64,000 bases of DNA, taken from the sequence record OZ195776.1; one strand, 5' to 3'. Below are positions 49,029 through 57,351 of this stretch, piece by piece. A program made the translations under genes and the position numbers. The notes beneath the pieces were generated by a model. The model was not told where the DNA came from, ran no database searches, and worked only from the letters and a program-made list of their open reading frames with translations. Position 1 is the stretch's first letter. Each line of letters opens with the position of its first letter.

Positions 49029-49523
49029 TTATTTGTCGTATTTTGTTTCGTCGAACTTGCCAAGACCGTACGAGCCATCATAAGCGTGGCCAGTATCAGC
49101 TTCTGTTAGCACAAATTGTGCTAGACGAGTACCAGGTTTGGTAATCATCATTCCCTGCGTTACGTGCAGACAACCTGCAACATAACCATTAAACCCACTG
49201 TCGTACAGACCGCTTGTTACAAAGCAAGCATTGCGGTTTAGCGTGCTACGTTGGATTAACCAACCAGCTTCACCTTCTGCAATTTGAACCTTGTGATCAA
49301 ACAACACGTCGTATCGACCTGGTGGTAGACGAATGAAGCCGTCTTCACCTGGGATAATTTCTTTACCACCGCGGTGCTCTTTCATGTCTTCCGTAATAAC
49401 GAAAGGAGCATCTGAGATTGTGAAAACCTTAGCCAAACGTACGTCGTACGCATTTGGTTGGATATGGTCTTCAACGATGTTTGTGATTGTGCTCTTAGAA
49501 GAGTCTGTTGCGATGTTAATCAT
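49029..49523 (-). CDS. Trimeric dUTPase/dCTP deaminase family protein
   Basis: IQPNAYDVRL, QRSTLNRN, GLYDSGFNG, GTRLAQ. Confidence 0.88.
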   Translation of the reverse strand: MINIATDSSKSTITNIVEDHIQPNAYDVRLAKVFTISDAPFVITEDMKEHRGGKEIIPGEDGFIRLPPGRYDVLFDHKVQIAEGEAGWLIQRSTLNRNACFVTSGLYDSGFNGYVAGCLHVTQGMMITKPGTRLAQFVLTEADTGHAYDGSYGLGKFDETKYDK

Positions 49524-50061
49524 TGATGTTTGCCTTTATGTATTCGTCAATATCGCCGTCGTAGATGCCGTTGACCAAGTTGATCAATTCACGACGGAAG
49601 TGCCAATCGTGGCTGTTTTTAACCTTGAAGTCCGGTTCGAAAGGAATTGTTTCGCTTTCGTGACCATCAGATTCGGTTTTGTCTGATAGAACCTGAATAA
49701 CGATTACATCTTCTTCTTCTTTGCAGAACTTGTATTCATTCTCAAAGCGTAAATCAGTAATCACGACAGGTTGTATCATTTTACGTTTCACTTCCTCAAC
49801 GAAGAAGTTGACGTTTGCACGACGAGCAAACATACCAGTGTTTCTTACGATGTCGCGACCGTCAATTTCACGACCTCGAATCTCATGAATGGAACGTTTG
49901 AACACGTCATACTCAGCAGTGCCAGTAAGCTGGTACGTTTCGCAGATTTCTTCACGAATTGGATCTGCGAAAGCTACCATGCGATGCCCGAAGGCATCGC
50001 TAATGATTTGTCCAGCGTAATCTTTGCCACTGCCTCTATATCCACAGATAGCAATATGCAT
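49516..50061 (-). CDS. Deoxynucleoside monophosphate kinase (gp1-like)
   Basis: IAICGYRGSGKD P-loop, AFADPIR, VITDLRFENE, HESE. Confidence 0.9.
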   Translation of the reverse strand: MHIAICGYRGSGKDYAGQIISDAFGHRMVAFADPIREEICETYQLTGTAEYDVFKRSIHEIRGREIDGRDIVRNTGMFARRANVNFFVEEVKRKMIQPVVITDLRFENEYKFCKEEEDVIVIQVLSDKTESDGHESETIPFEPDFKVKNSHDWHFRRELINLVNGIYDGDIDEYIKANIND

Positions 50062-50918
50062 TATTTCACCATTTTATCAATGAAAGCAATGTTTTGTTTA
50101 GCGAGCTCAACGTCGCCACCAGCGAAGTCAAAGTCAACTTCTTTTTCAAACTTACCGTCGATCAGACCAGTTGGAGTCTCGTCGTAAGCAACGCCGTTTA
50201 GACCTGCCCAAGGAGCTGATGATGTATCCCAAGAACGAATCGCCCATTGGAAGTTTTTAACAAGCTCGATTTCACGAGGACCATCAAGCATACCCAAGAA
50301 GTGAAGACGTTTCGTTGCACGACCATCTAAGATACCACGTTCTTGTAGTAAGTTCATCATGCGCCAGCGAGCAAGGAAGCGCTGTAGTTTGTTGTCTTTC
50401 TCGATGCCACCAAATGCGTTTGGAACACCTAGAATACTGATACCGATAACATCAATGTCTTCGTTATCTAAAGCCCATTCGATTGATTGGATGTAACCTT
50501 CCAAATCACCGATTTCAGATTGTGGTACGTAGAACGTATCAAAACCTGCTTCTTTGAACTGAGGAATCTGTTTGATTGCCATGTCACGTGTCTTTTCCCA
50601 AGGCTCTGCTGGGTAATCCGAAAGAACAATACAGTCAGCATTAACGCGTTTGCCCATTTCGATTAGACGTTCTGGTTGGTACATGACACCACCGTTGTGT
50701 TTTACCATTTCAAATGCGCTGTTGTCCATCATTACGTATTTGCCGTCGTCAAGATCACGGTAGTAATCTGTGTACGCTTGGTTGTACATAACACCGACAT
50801 TGAACGTTGGATCGATTAGATGCGCAAGGATCAAGTGAGAACCGTTTGTTTTGGTTAGTTCTTCTAGGTGCGGAGTTGGTACGATGTGGCAAAAGTTGAT
50901 AGAAGTTGTGAAATCCAT
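50061..50918 (-). CDS. dpdA: TGT-fold DNA guanine transglycosylase (DpdA-like)
   Basis: TIM-barrel TGT-type motifs MDNSAFE, VLSD, VPQ, IGIS, LHFLG, SWDTSS; no Zn-binding CxCxxC; near QueD-like and folE genes. Confidence 0.7.
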   Translation of the reverse strand: MDFTTSINFCHIVPTPHLEELTKTNGSHLILAHLIDPTFNVGVMYNQAYTDYYRDLDDGKYVMMDNSAFEMVKHNGGVMYQPERLIEMGKRVNADCIVLSDYPAEPWEKTRDMAIKQIPQFKEAGFDTFYVPQSEIGDLEGYIQSIEWALDNEDIDVIGISILGVPNAFGGIEKDNKLQRFLARWRMMNLLQERGILDGRATKRLHFLGMLDGPREIELVKNFQWAIRSWDTSSAPWAGLNGVAYDETPTGLIDGKFEKEVDFDFAGGDVELAKQNIAFIDKMVK

Positions 50919-50996
50919 GTTTTATTCCTCAAGTGGTTCATTCAAATTAGTATACACATTTGTGTAGAAAAATAAAGCCGCAATTGCGGCTTTTTC

Positions 50997-51200
50997 TTAG
51001 TAACCTGCTACGTCGTCGATTGCTTGATTAAAATCGTTCATGTAGTGGTGACCAAATTTTTTGACAAACTCTTTCTTCATCTTATCGATGTCCATGTCAG
51101 AGTTTTCTAGTTTGTCAACTGCCCAGTCGTAAGCTGCCATTGATGCAGCGCCGTTACGTTCAGTTATTTTGCTTTCGCTAAATTGCTCGAATGTTTTCAT
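50997..51200 (-). CDS. Small putative internal head protein
   Basis: MKTFEQFSE leader; CATAAGTA late promoter at 51235-51242. Confidence 0.65.
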   Translation of the reverse strand: MKTFEQFSESKITERNGAASMAAYDWAVDKLENSDMDIDKMKKEFVKKFGHHYMNDFNQAIDDVAGY

Positions 51201-51237
51201 TTGCGTGGTTCCTTTTGTATTAATGAATTCTTTTTAC

Positions 51238-51612
51238 TTATGAGAACTCTACAATGGCACCATTTTCAGCATCTTCGTTAACTTCAACTTTCCACCAACG
51301 ACCTTCAGCACCCCAAATGTCGTTCAGATGTTCGATGATGTTCATACCAAACTGCTCACATGACATTCGACCCAAATCTCGTGGAAGTGTGCTTAGATAT
51401 GCATCCAGTGTACGACGGAGTTGTATGAATTCGATGTCTCGATCATCGTGAAAGACGTTTGTTTCTACACGAAAGCCAAAAATATGACGATGTGGGTGCG
51501 CCAAGAACGATACATCCAAATCGCTCCCATCGCATAGCTCTGGGATGGTAGCGGATTCTGGAAAGTTGTGAATAAATTCACGAGAAGTTGTAACAAATAC
51601 CGAAGTCTTCAT
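51238..51612 (-). CDS. QueD-like T-fold protein (6-pyruvoyl-tetrahydropterin synthase family paralogue)
   Basis: FIH, HPHRHIF, DRDIEFI, MSCE, VEVNEDAENGA match the QueD/PTPS pattern. Confidence 0.75.
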   Translation of the reverse strand: MKTSVFVTTSREFIHNFPESATIPELCDGSDLDVSFLAHPHRHIFGFRVETNVFHDDRDIEFIQLRRTLDAYLSTLPRDLGRMSCEQFGMNIIEHLNDIWGAEGRWWKVEVNEDAENGAIVEFS

Positions 51613-51664
51613 AAAGAGTCCTTATAAATAACAATAAACTGCATATCCCATTTTGGAACATACT

Positions 51665-52342
51665 ATGAAAAAATACCACTATACCTACAAAACTACCATA
51701 TGTCACCCATCTAAAGGAGATTTAATTTACGTCGGTAAGCACTCGACGGATAATCTCGACGACGGATATCTTGGTTCTGGTAAGATATTACTCGCTATGA
51801 TAGCCAAATACGGCAGAGACATAGCCAGTCTGGAAGTTGCTGATATGCATTTAACTGAAAGTGCTGCGTACGAAGCAGAATGTCAGTTGATATCAGAAAC
51901 CGTACAATCATACCCAAATACCTGTTTGAATTTAACTGGGTTTGGTGGTCGTTACGATTATAATCCAGACAAACCATACGAAAGACAACCATTTCAACAC
52001 GATGAAGCTGCCAAAGCAAAAATGAGTAAGAGTCGCTTTGGAAAAAAGCAAAGTACCGAAACAAAAGCTAAGCGAGCTGCGTCACACAGAGGCCGTAAAA
52101 ACACCACCGAAACCAAGCAAAAAATGCGCGAGTCTCGATTGAAAGTTGCTCAAACTCAAGAACACAAAGATTTAGTTAGCGGTGAAAATCACCCCAAGTT
52201 TAAAGGGTGGTATCACACTCCACTTGGAAAGTTTCCAAGTGCTAATCAAGCCGCAAAAGCCTACAATACCAAAACACAGTGTATTATTAACTGGTGCAAG
52301 ACGACGAGAAAGCCGGAGTTCTGGTTTGAGCCAAAGGGGTAG
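51665..52342 (+). mobile_element. Free-standing Seg-like GIY-YIG homing endonuclease with NUMOD3/NUMOD1-like motifs
   Basis: HYTYKTT...IYVGKHSTDNLDDGYLGSG, EAE..LI, CLNL; ETKAKRAASHRG and ETKQKMRES repeats; own TATAAATA at 51623; opposite strand to neighbours. Confidence 0.88.
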
Positions 52343-52918
52343 CTATAAAATTTTACCTATACAGAATACTTCTTCATCATAATGCTTTTGAATTGCATCA
52401 CGAAAGAAGAATACGTCATCCAATGATACGGGATAGAAGTGGTGACAGTCAACGCCAACATTCAATCCATTTCGTTTAAATTTCTGACCATGAACATGTC
52501 CGAACAAAGTGAACATTTCAAAGTCGCTGATGGAAGGTTCGTGAACTAACATGAAATCATCAAACACAGCTTTCATGTTGGCTTCGCCATCGCTGGTTGC
52601 TATCAAACTTTCTGCATCCGGATGAACGAAGCAGTAGCGCACAAAGCGATTATACACCGTTTTGAACGGTGATTTGTCATACTCGATATCTCGTTCGTAA
52701 TTGCCTTCAATTAGCGTTATATTGCCATTGAGGCGTTCTAAGACATCAAAGTTGCCAAAATCTCCAAGATGAAAAACTTCATCATCTGGTTTGACTTTAG
52801 CATTCCATCGATGAATCATTTCCTGATCCATTTGAGCTACATTATCAAATGGCCGCTTGCTCAAAGTCAACGTTCTTTCTGAACCAAAATGAGTATCGGA
52901 TGTAAACCACGTTGCCAT
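52343..52918 (-). CDS. Calcineurin-like metallophosphoesterase
   Basis: FTSDTHF, HLGDFG, GNYE, LVHEP, FGHVH, NVGVD. Confidence 0.9.
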   Translation of the reverse strand: MATWFTSDTHFGSERTLTLSKRPFDNVAQMDQEMIHRWNAKVKPDDEVFHLGDFGNFDVLERLNGNITLIEGNYERDIEYDKSPFKTVYNRFVRYCFVHPDAESLIATSDGEANMKAVFDDFMLVHEPSISDFEMFTLFGHVHGQKFKRNGLNVGVDCHHFYPVSLDDVFFFRDAIQKHYDEEVFCIGKIL

Positions 52919-52973
52919 AATATACCTTTGCATAAAAATAAAGCCGCTTTCGCGGCTTTTTCAATTGAATCGA

Positions 52974-53663
52974 TTACAGATTCGATAGGAACTCACGGCG
53001 AAGACCGCTATCCTTTTCTGCAAAACGACCACCGGAAGCAAGAGTAGTTGTTACAGACTGTTCGTCTTCAACGCCACGCATGCTAACGCAAGTATGTTTT
53101 GCACCCATATGAACGATTACATCGTCGGTACCCAGAATGTGTTTCAGAGCTTCGCAAATTTGCGATGTAAGACGCTCTTGTACTTGTGGGCGACGTGCAA
53201 AATATTCAACGATGCGGTTCAGCTTGCTTAAACCAAGGACTTTGTCACCTGGAATGTACGCAATTGTACAACCAAAATCACGGTCACCGAAATCGCTAAA
53301 CGGCATTAGGTGATGCTCGCAAAGAGACTTCACTTTGATGTTTTTAACGAGAACGAACTCATCACCATGACTGAACTTGTTTTCAACAGTAGTACATTTA
53401 GGGAAATGATCCGGAGTTAGACCGCTCATTAGCTCTTTAACGTACATTTTTGCCACACGACGTGGTGTTTCAACAAGCGAGTCGTCAGCCAAATCCAGAC
53501 CAAGAGTTTCGAGTACTTGCGTCATCAGACCTTCAATCTTTTCGATTTTCTCTTCTGCTGGCACGTTTACCAAATCAGTAGTTGGAGTTTGGATACCAAG
53601 CTCAAGTAGACGAGCTTCAACTGATTTACCTAGTTCTGCATTTGCTTTTGACTTATCAAACAT
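52974..53663 (-). CDS. folE: GTP cyclohydrolase I
   Basis: ETPRRVAKMY, SLCEHHLMPF, LGLSKLNRIV, RPQVQERLT, HTCVSMRGV. Confidence 0.97.
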   Translation of the reverse strand: MFDKSKANAELGKSVEARLLELGIQTPTTDLVNVPAEEKIEKIEGLMTQVLETLGLDLADDSLVETPRRVAKMYVKELMSGLTPDHFPKCTTVENKFSHGDEFVLVKNIKVKSLCEHHLMPFSDFGDRDFGCTIAYIPGDKVLGLSKLNRIVEYFARRPQVQERLTSQICEALKHILGTDDVIVHMGAKHTCVSMRGVEDEQSVTTTLASGGRFAEKDSGLRREFLSNL

Positions 53664-53689
53664 AAATTTTACCTTTCGACTTTATTATC

Positions 53690-53767
53690 CAGACCAAAAA
53701 GGACAAGGGGTCTGTCACCTTGGACTATCTCAACTCAGATAGCTAGGGAAGCATATCACCACTTCCC
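53690..53767 (-). promoter_or_regulatory. Structured 5' leader of folE: two hairpins and an H-type pseudoknot
   Basis: GGGAAG/CTTCCC, CTATCT/AGATAG, CAAGG/CCTTG with loop CAGACC complementary to downstream GGTCTG. Confidence 0.55.
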
Positions 53768-53791
53768 ATAATTGTAAACGTATTTATTAAT

Positions 53792-54472
53792 TTAAAACGG
53801 CCAGTCATCATCCAATACTTCGAAGTATGGTGCTGCTGAAATCGTACCCTCGATTCGAAAAATCGAACGGTCTGGGTTACGGACCGCAACATTACGCGAT
53901 GGCGTCGTTGCAGCTCGCTGATCCGTAATATCATCACGGAACGGGCCAGTATCAACAACACCATGCACCAATATTGCACTTTTGCTACCGAGTTCTTTTG
54001 CGTCAGCATCAAACTGAGTAAATTGATTGAATCTGTCGCTAGGTTTGTTAAATTCTTTTACGAATTCAGGGCGTAGCTTAACACCAGTAATAGTACCGTC
54101 AGGACCAGCATACGTCGCCGCTTGGTGGATGTTTTCTGTTAGAAACGTTGCATAGCCATCTCGACTGCGCATTCCATAATCACCTCGCGTACCACGATAC
54201 CAAATCGCGCCACCTACTAAACGTGCAGCTTCTCGTTTCAAACCTGTTCTCCAAACGCTCTCTAAATCAGCAATTGCCTTTTTGACCGCAGATGGAGCAT
54301 CGTCTGTATCGTAACCGTTCATGAACAGTTCCCATGTAAAATCATTGTAATTGCTCGGAGAGACGGATTTAACGATTTTAACACGAGACTGATCATCCGT
54401 TGCTGCTATGAATTCTGCTACAGCTCTTTCAACTGCTACAGATTCCCATAGATGTTCATTGAATGATTTCAT
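53792..54472 (-). CDS. Putative packaged ADP-ribosyltransferase-like protein
   Basis: Leader MKSFNEHLWE; WYRGT, FLTENIHQAATYAG, ILVHGVVD pattern; GATAAATA at 54498-54505. Confidence 0.55.
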   Translation of the reverse strand: MKSFNEHLWESVAVERAVAEFIAATDDQSRVKIVKSVSPSNYNDFTWELFMNGYDTDDAPSAVKKAIADLESVWRTGLKREAARLVGGAIWYRGTRGDYGMRSRDGYATFLTENIHQAATYAGPDGTITGVKLRPEFVKEFNKPSDRFNQFTQFDADAKELGSKSAILVHGVVDTGPFRDDITDQRAATTPSRNVAVRNPDRSIFRIEGTISAAPYFEVLDDDWPF

Positions 54473-54503
54473 TGTAATTTCCAATGTAGAAAACTACTAT
54501 TTA

Positions 54504-54887
54504 TCAAGAAACCGTTTCTAACACAACGTGTTTGACTTTGGTTACCTTATGGACCTTGGCGATCGCAAATTGCTCATCGCTTTTAGCAGCCCACTCAGTT
54601 GCCAATTTTTCAGCTTCCGCAAGAGACAAGTCGCTCGCTTCTACATCAGCGTTATCGATGTTAAGAACACACCAAACTTGACGTTCTGGTTTGACGACCT
54701 TAGTCGATTCCAGCATGTTCTCTGCGATTGTCGCCGAACGATTGTCATCGGTTTTCACACGATACCGTTGGGATTCCCAATTGAATCCCTTTGCTTTCAC
54801 CGCTACTACGTATCCGTAACAGCCCGCACAAGGCGATTGGCTGTTTTCGGAAACACGCACACGCTCTTTCATTTTAAATCGAGCCAT
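54504..54887 (-). CDS. Hypothetical protein with N-terminal KOW/SH3-like barrel
   Basis: FKMKERVRV...G.VVAV...YRVK...I.E..LE. Confidence 0.6.
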   Translation of the reverse strand: MARFKMKERVRVSENSQSPCAGCYGYVVAVKAKGFNWESQRYRVKTDDNRSATIAENMLESTKVVKPERQVWCVLNIDNADVEASDLSLAEAEKLATEWAAKSDEQFAIAKVHKVTKVKHVVLETVS

Positions 54888-55906
54888 CAGAATTCACCAT
54901 CTAGGATGTCCATCCAATAATGACGAACGGTGTTAACACAAAGATTACCAAATGGCTTTTTAAGCACTTTCCAGTCATCCTTGTGGATAGGAACTTCGTC
55001 ACGTTCATCGCGTTCGAACTCGGCTTTAGCATCTTGGATTAGAAGACCTTGCAGCATGCCAAATTGCTTTTGGTTCACTGTACCGATTTTAGATAGAACG
55101 TTACGGAGACGAGCTTCGGTCACGTAAAGAGACAATTCGCTGTACAGTTTCTCTTGTTCTTCTGTTAGAACAATCGGAGCTGCAGGAGCTTTGGTATCTT
55201 TACCTTTCTTTTCTTTGAACTTTTCGCTCTTCACTTTGATACACGCTCGTGCACCATGAGGGAGCAATTGTTCTTTGTGAAGCTGCTTGATTACGAAACC
55301 TTCTGACACATTGTCTTCGGTTTGCGGACCAAGTTTAGTCACGAATTCAGGGCTGATTGCAAGCAAATCGTCCAGAGTACCAGTTGCAAGTTCCGGCACG
55401 GTTGGGATGTCGCTCATTAGGCAGTAGCTTTGAACGATAGGCCATTCCAGCCAAAACTCTTGAGCTCCGCGGATGACTTTGATGTCGTATGCGATGAAAT
55501 CTTTCTCACCGTATTTGACTTCTTTTTGGATGCCATCGCCAAACAACTCACCGTAAGTGATTGTAACGTCACCAGATTCGATGATGCCAGCATCCCACAG
55601 ACGATCGTTTAGGAAACGAATCTTGTCAGCGTAGTCTTCAACCACGTCGGTACAACCATAGAAGTCGTAATCGCCAACCGCGTTGGCACCGATGGTGCTG
55701 CTACGTTTAGCTGGAGTTACACGAAGATCGCCAACTTCTGTTTTGTCAGGCTCAGCAATGAAGCTAAAGTTAGCACCATGAACCTTCTCTGTCGCTACCC
55801 AGTCTTTAACACCGAGCATAGAACAGTAGTTTACAAACTTTTGACGGTAACCGTTTTCAAGAGATGTGAATTTACGAAAGAATTTAGACACCGATGTATT
55901 CCTCAT
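54887..55906 (-). CDS. rnlB: RNA ligase 2 (Rnl2 family)
   Basis: WVATEKVHGANFSF, YGELFG, FIAYDI, SEGFVIK, IKVKSEKFKE, YVTEARLRNVLSKIG. Confidence 0.95.
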   Translation of the reverse strand: MRNTSVSKFFRKFTSLENGYRQKFVNYCSMLGVKDWVATEKVHGANFSFIAEPDKTEVGDLRVTPAKRSSTIGANAVGDYDFYGCTDVVEDYADKIRFLNDRLWDAGIIESGDVTITYGELFGDGIQKEVKYGEKDFIAYDIKVIRGAQEFWLEWPIVQSYCLMSDIPTVPELATGTLDDLLAISPEFVTKLGPQTEDNVSEGFVIKQLHKEQLLPHGARACIKVKSEKFKEKKGKDTKAPAAPIVLTEEQEKLYSELSLYVTEARLRNVLSKIGTVNQKQFGMLQGLLIQDAKAEFERDERDEVPIHKDDWKVLKKPFGNLCVNTVRHYWMDILDGEF

Positions 55907-56195
55907 TATTAGCGTTGTCGATTGCAGTTTGAATTGCAGTCCATATTAAGTGTGAATTCAGAGAATGGACGATTCCAGATTCTGATTCAACAAATGCACG
56001 ATACGTCGTGTTCTTGTAGTTTACGTCAGTGTAATAACGAGCTACTAGAACGTCCGCATCAATTACGATGACTTGGTCGTTGTCAAGCAAGTATGCTTCT
56101 GACCCATCACCATCGTTACAATATTCCATCGTAACTGTTGACAGTGGGTTGATTGCCAGTTCTTCTAACTGGTTACGTATTTTGATTGGAGTCAT
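55884..56195 (-). CDS. Hypothetical protein
   Basis: 103 aa in an operon with overlaps. Confidence 0.6.
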   Translation of the reverse strand: MTPIKIRNQLEELAINPLSTVTMEYCNDGDGSEAYLLDNDQVIVIDADVLVARYYTDVNYKNTTYRAFVESESGIVHSLNSHLIWTAIQTAIDNANNEEYIGV

Positions 56196-56524
56196 AATTT
56201 AGCTCTCTCAGTGTCGATGTATTTCTCGAGTTCGGCGAGCACAACGCTCAGTTTGAATCGATAATTGATTGGCTTGACGGCTTCACGCGTGTCAGTACCA
56301 TGAATTTTTTGAGATTTGATGGCAACACCATCTTTGTCGTCCATCATACAACCAGTATTGTCTGATTGACGGAACAACTCTATTGCAATCACTTTTGGTA
56401 GACTCGATACCGTCGCTGCAGAAATTACACTAACCGGATGAGTCAGCTCACGTTTGAGCCACATCTCATACTTTCGTTCTAGATCGTCCAGAACACGAGT
56501 CATTACTTCACTGCGAATGCCCAT
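56192..56524 (-). CDS. Hypothetical protein
   Basis: 110 aa, GGAG RBS. Confidence 0.65.
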   Translation of the reverse strand: MGIRSEVMTRVLDDLERKYEMWLKRELTHPVSVISAATVSSLPKVIAIELFRQSDNTGCMMDDKDGVAIKSQKIHGTDTREAVKPINYRFKLSVVLAELEKYIDTERAKL

Positions 56525-56532
56525 ACGTACTC

Positions 56533-56721
56533 CTATTTCATTAGTTGTTGCGTTGCGTAACGGTAAAGCGCATCACGAGTTTTCTCAGTGATTTGCTCCA
56601 TCTTGAAACACTCATCAGCATTACGACGAATAACGTCATAACGTTCTTGGCAAGGCCAGTGAGCGATTTCTTTAGGAGTAAGGTTACACGCTTTTTTAAA
56701 AGAAGCAACGGTTAATTTCAT
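56533..56721 (-). CDS. Small early hypothetical protein (start at MKLTV)
   Basis: Directly behind family A cassette copy 2. Confidence 0.65.
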   Translation of the reverse strand: MKLTVASFKKACNLTPKEIAHWPCQERYDVIRRNADECFKMEQITEKTRDALYRYATQQLMK

Positions 56722-56735
56722 AATGTTTTCCTGAA

Positions 56736-56796
56736 TTCTTAATGACCGTTCCCGGCCGACAGAGCCCATATTACAGATCTGAGTAGAAATGGCAAC
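56736..56796 (-). repeat. Early promoter/stem-loop cassette, family A copy 2
   Basis: GTTGCC-N17-TAATAT; 41 bp identical to 34885-34925. Confidence 0.9.
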
Positions 56797-56826
56797 ACTA
56801 AATAACAGAAAAATGAGGAAAGAATA

Positions 56827-57336
56827 ATGCCAAAGCAATTACGACAATCACAAATGACCGAAGTACGCAACGAACTAACCATGAACCAACTTGGTAAGTG
56901 TTTGTTGTGCGACACGCCATTATCACAAGAGAAACGCACTCCTCATGTAGACCACGATCACCAATTCGGAAACGTTCGAGGAATCCTTTGCGCAGCTTGT
57001 AACACATACGAGGGTGTGGTTCATCACAAATTCGAACGAAGTGGGTTGAAAGGACGTGGCGTTGATTACACAACTTGGTTGCGCCGTCTTGCGGATTATC
57101 TTGAAGATGATTACACCGACAACGACTTCCATCCTCAGCATCCGAAAGATCAGACGAAAATCTTCGGTAAAATGCGTTTAAACGAGATGAAAGAGCATCT
57201 GACGAGCGTTGGCATTACTTTTCCTGAAAACGCTAAGAAGGCGGATTTAGAGAAGATTTACCGCAAGAGTTTCTTGCACAATCCACGCTGTGATTTTGAT
57301 AACGGCAAGTATGACAGCGGCAATAAAGCCGAATAA
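56827..57336 (+). CDS. 49: Recombination endonuclease VII (gp49)
   Basis: CLLC, HVDHDH, VRGILCAACN..EG, Y...L..L..YL..D, HP. Confidence 0.93.
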   Translation: MPKQLRQSQMTEVRNELTMNQLGKCLLCDTPLSQEKRTPHVDHDHQFGNVRGILCAACNTYEGVVHHKFERSGLKGRGVDYTTWLRRLADYLEDDYTDNDFHPQHPKDQTKIFGKMRLNEMKEHLTSVGITFPENAKKADLEKIYRKSFLHNPRCDFDNGKYDSGNKAE

Positions 57337-57351
57337 CATGAGAGAAATGAA

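Noticed and set aside
53690-53767. folE leader as a canonical tRNA gene
   Set aside because: Three stems are present, but there is no 7-bp acceptor stem, TTC T-loop or D-loop GG; kept as a cis-regulatory candidate
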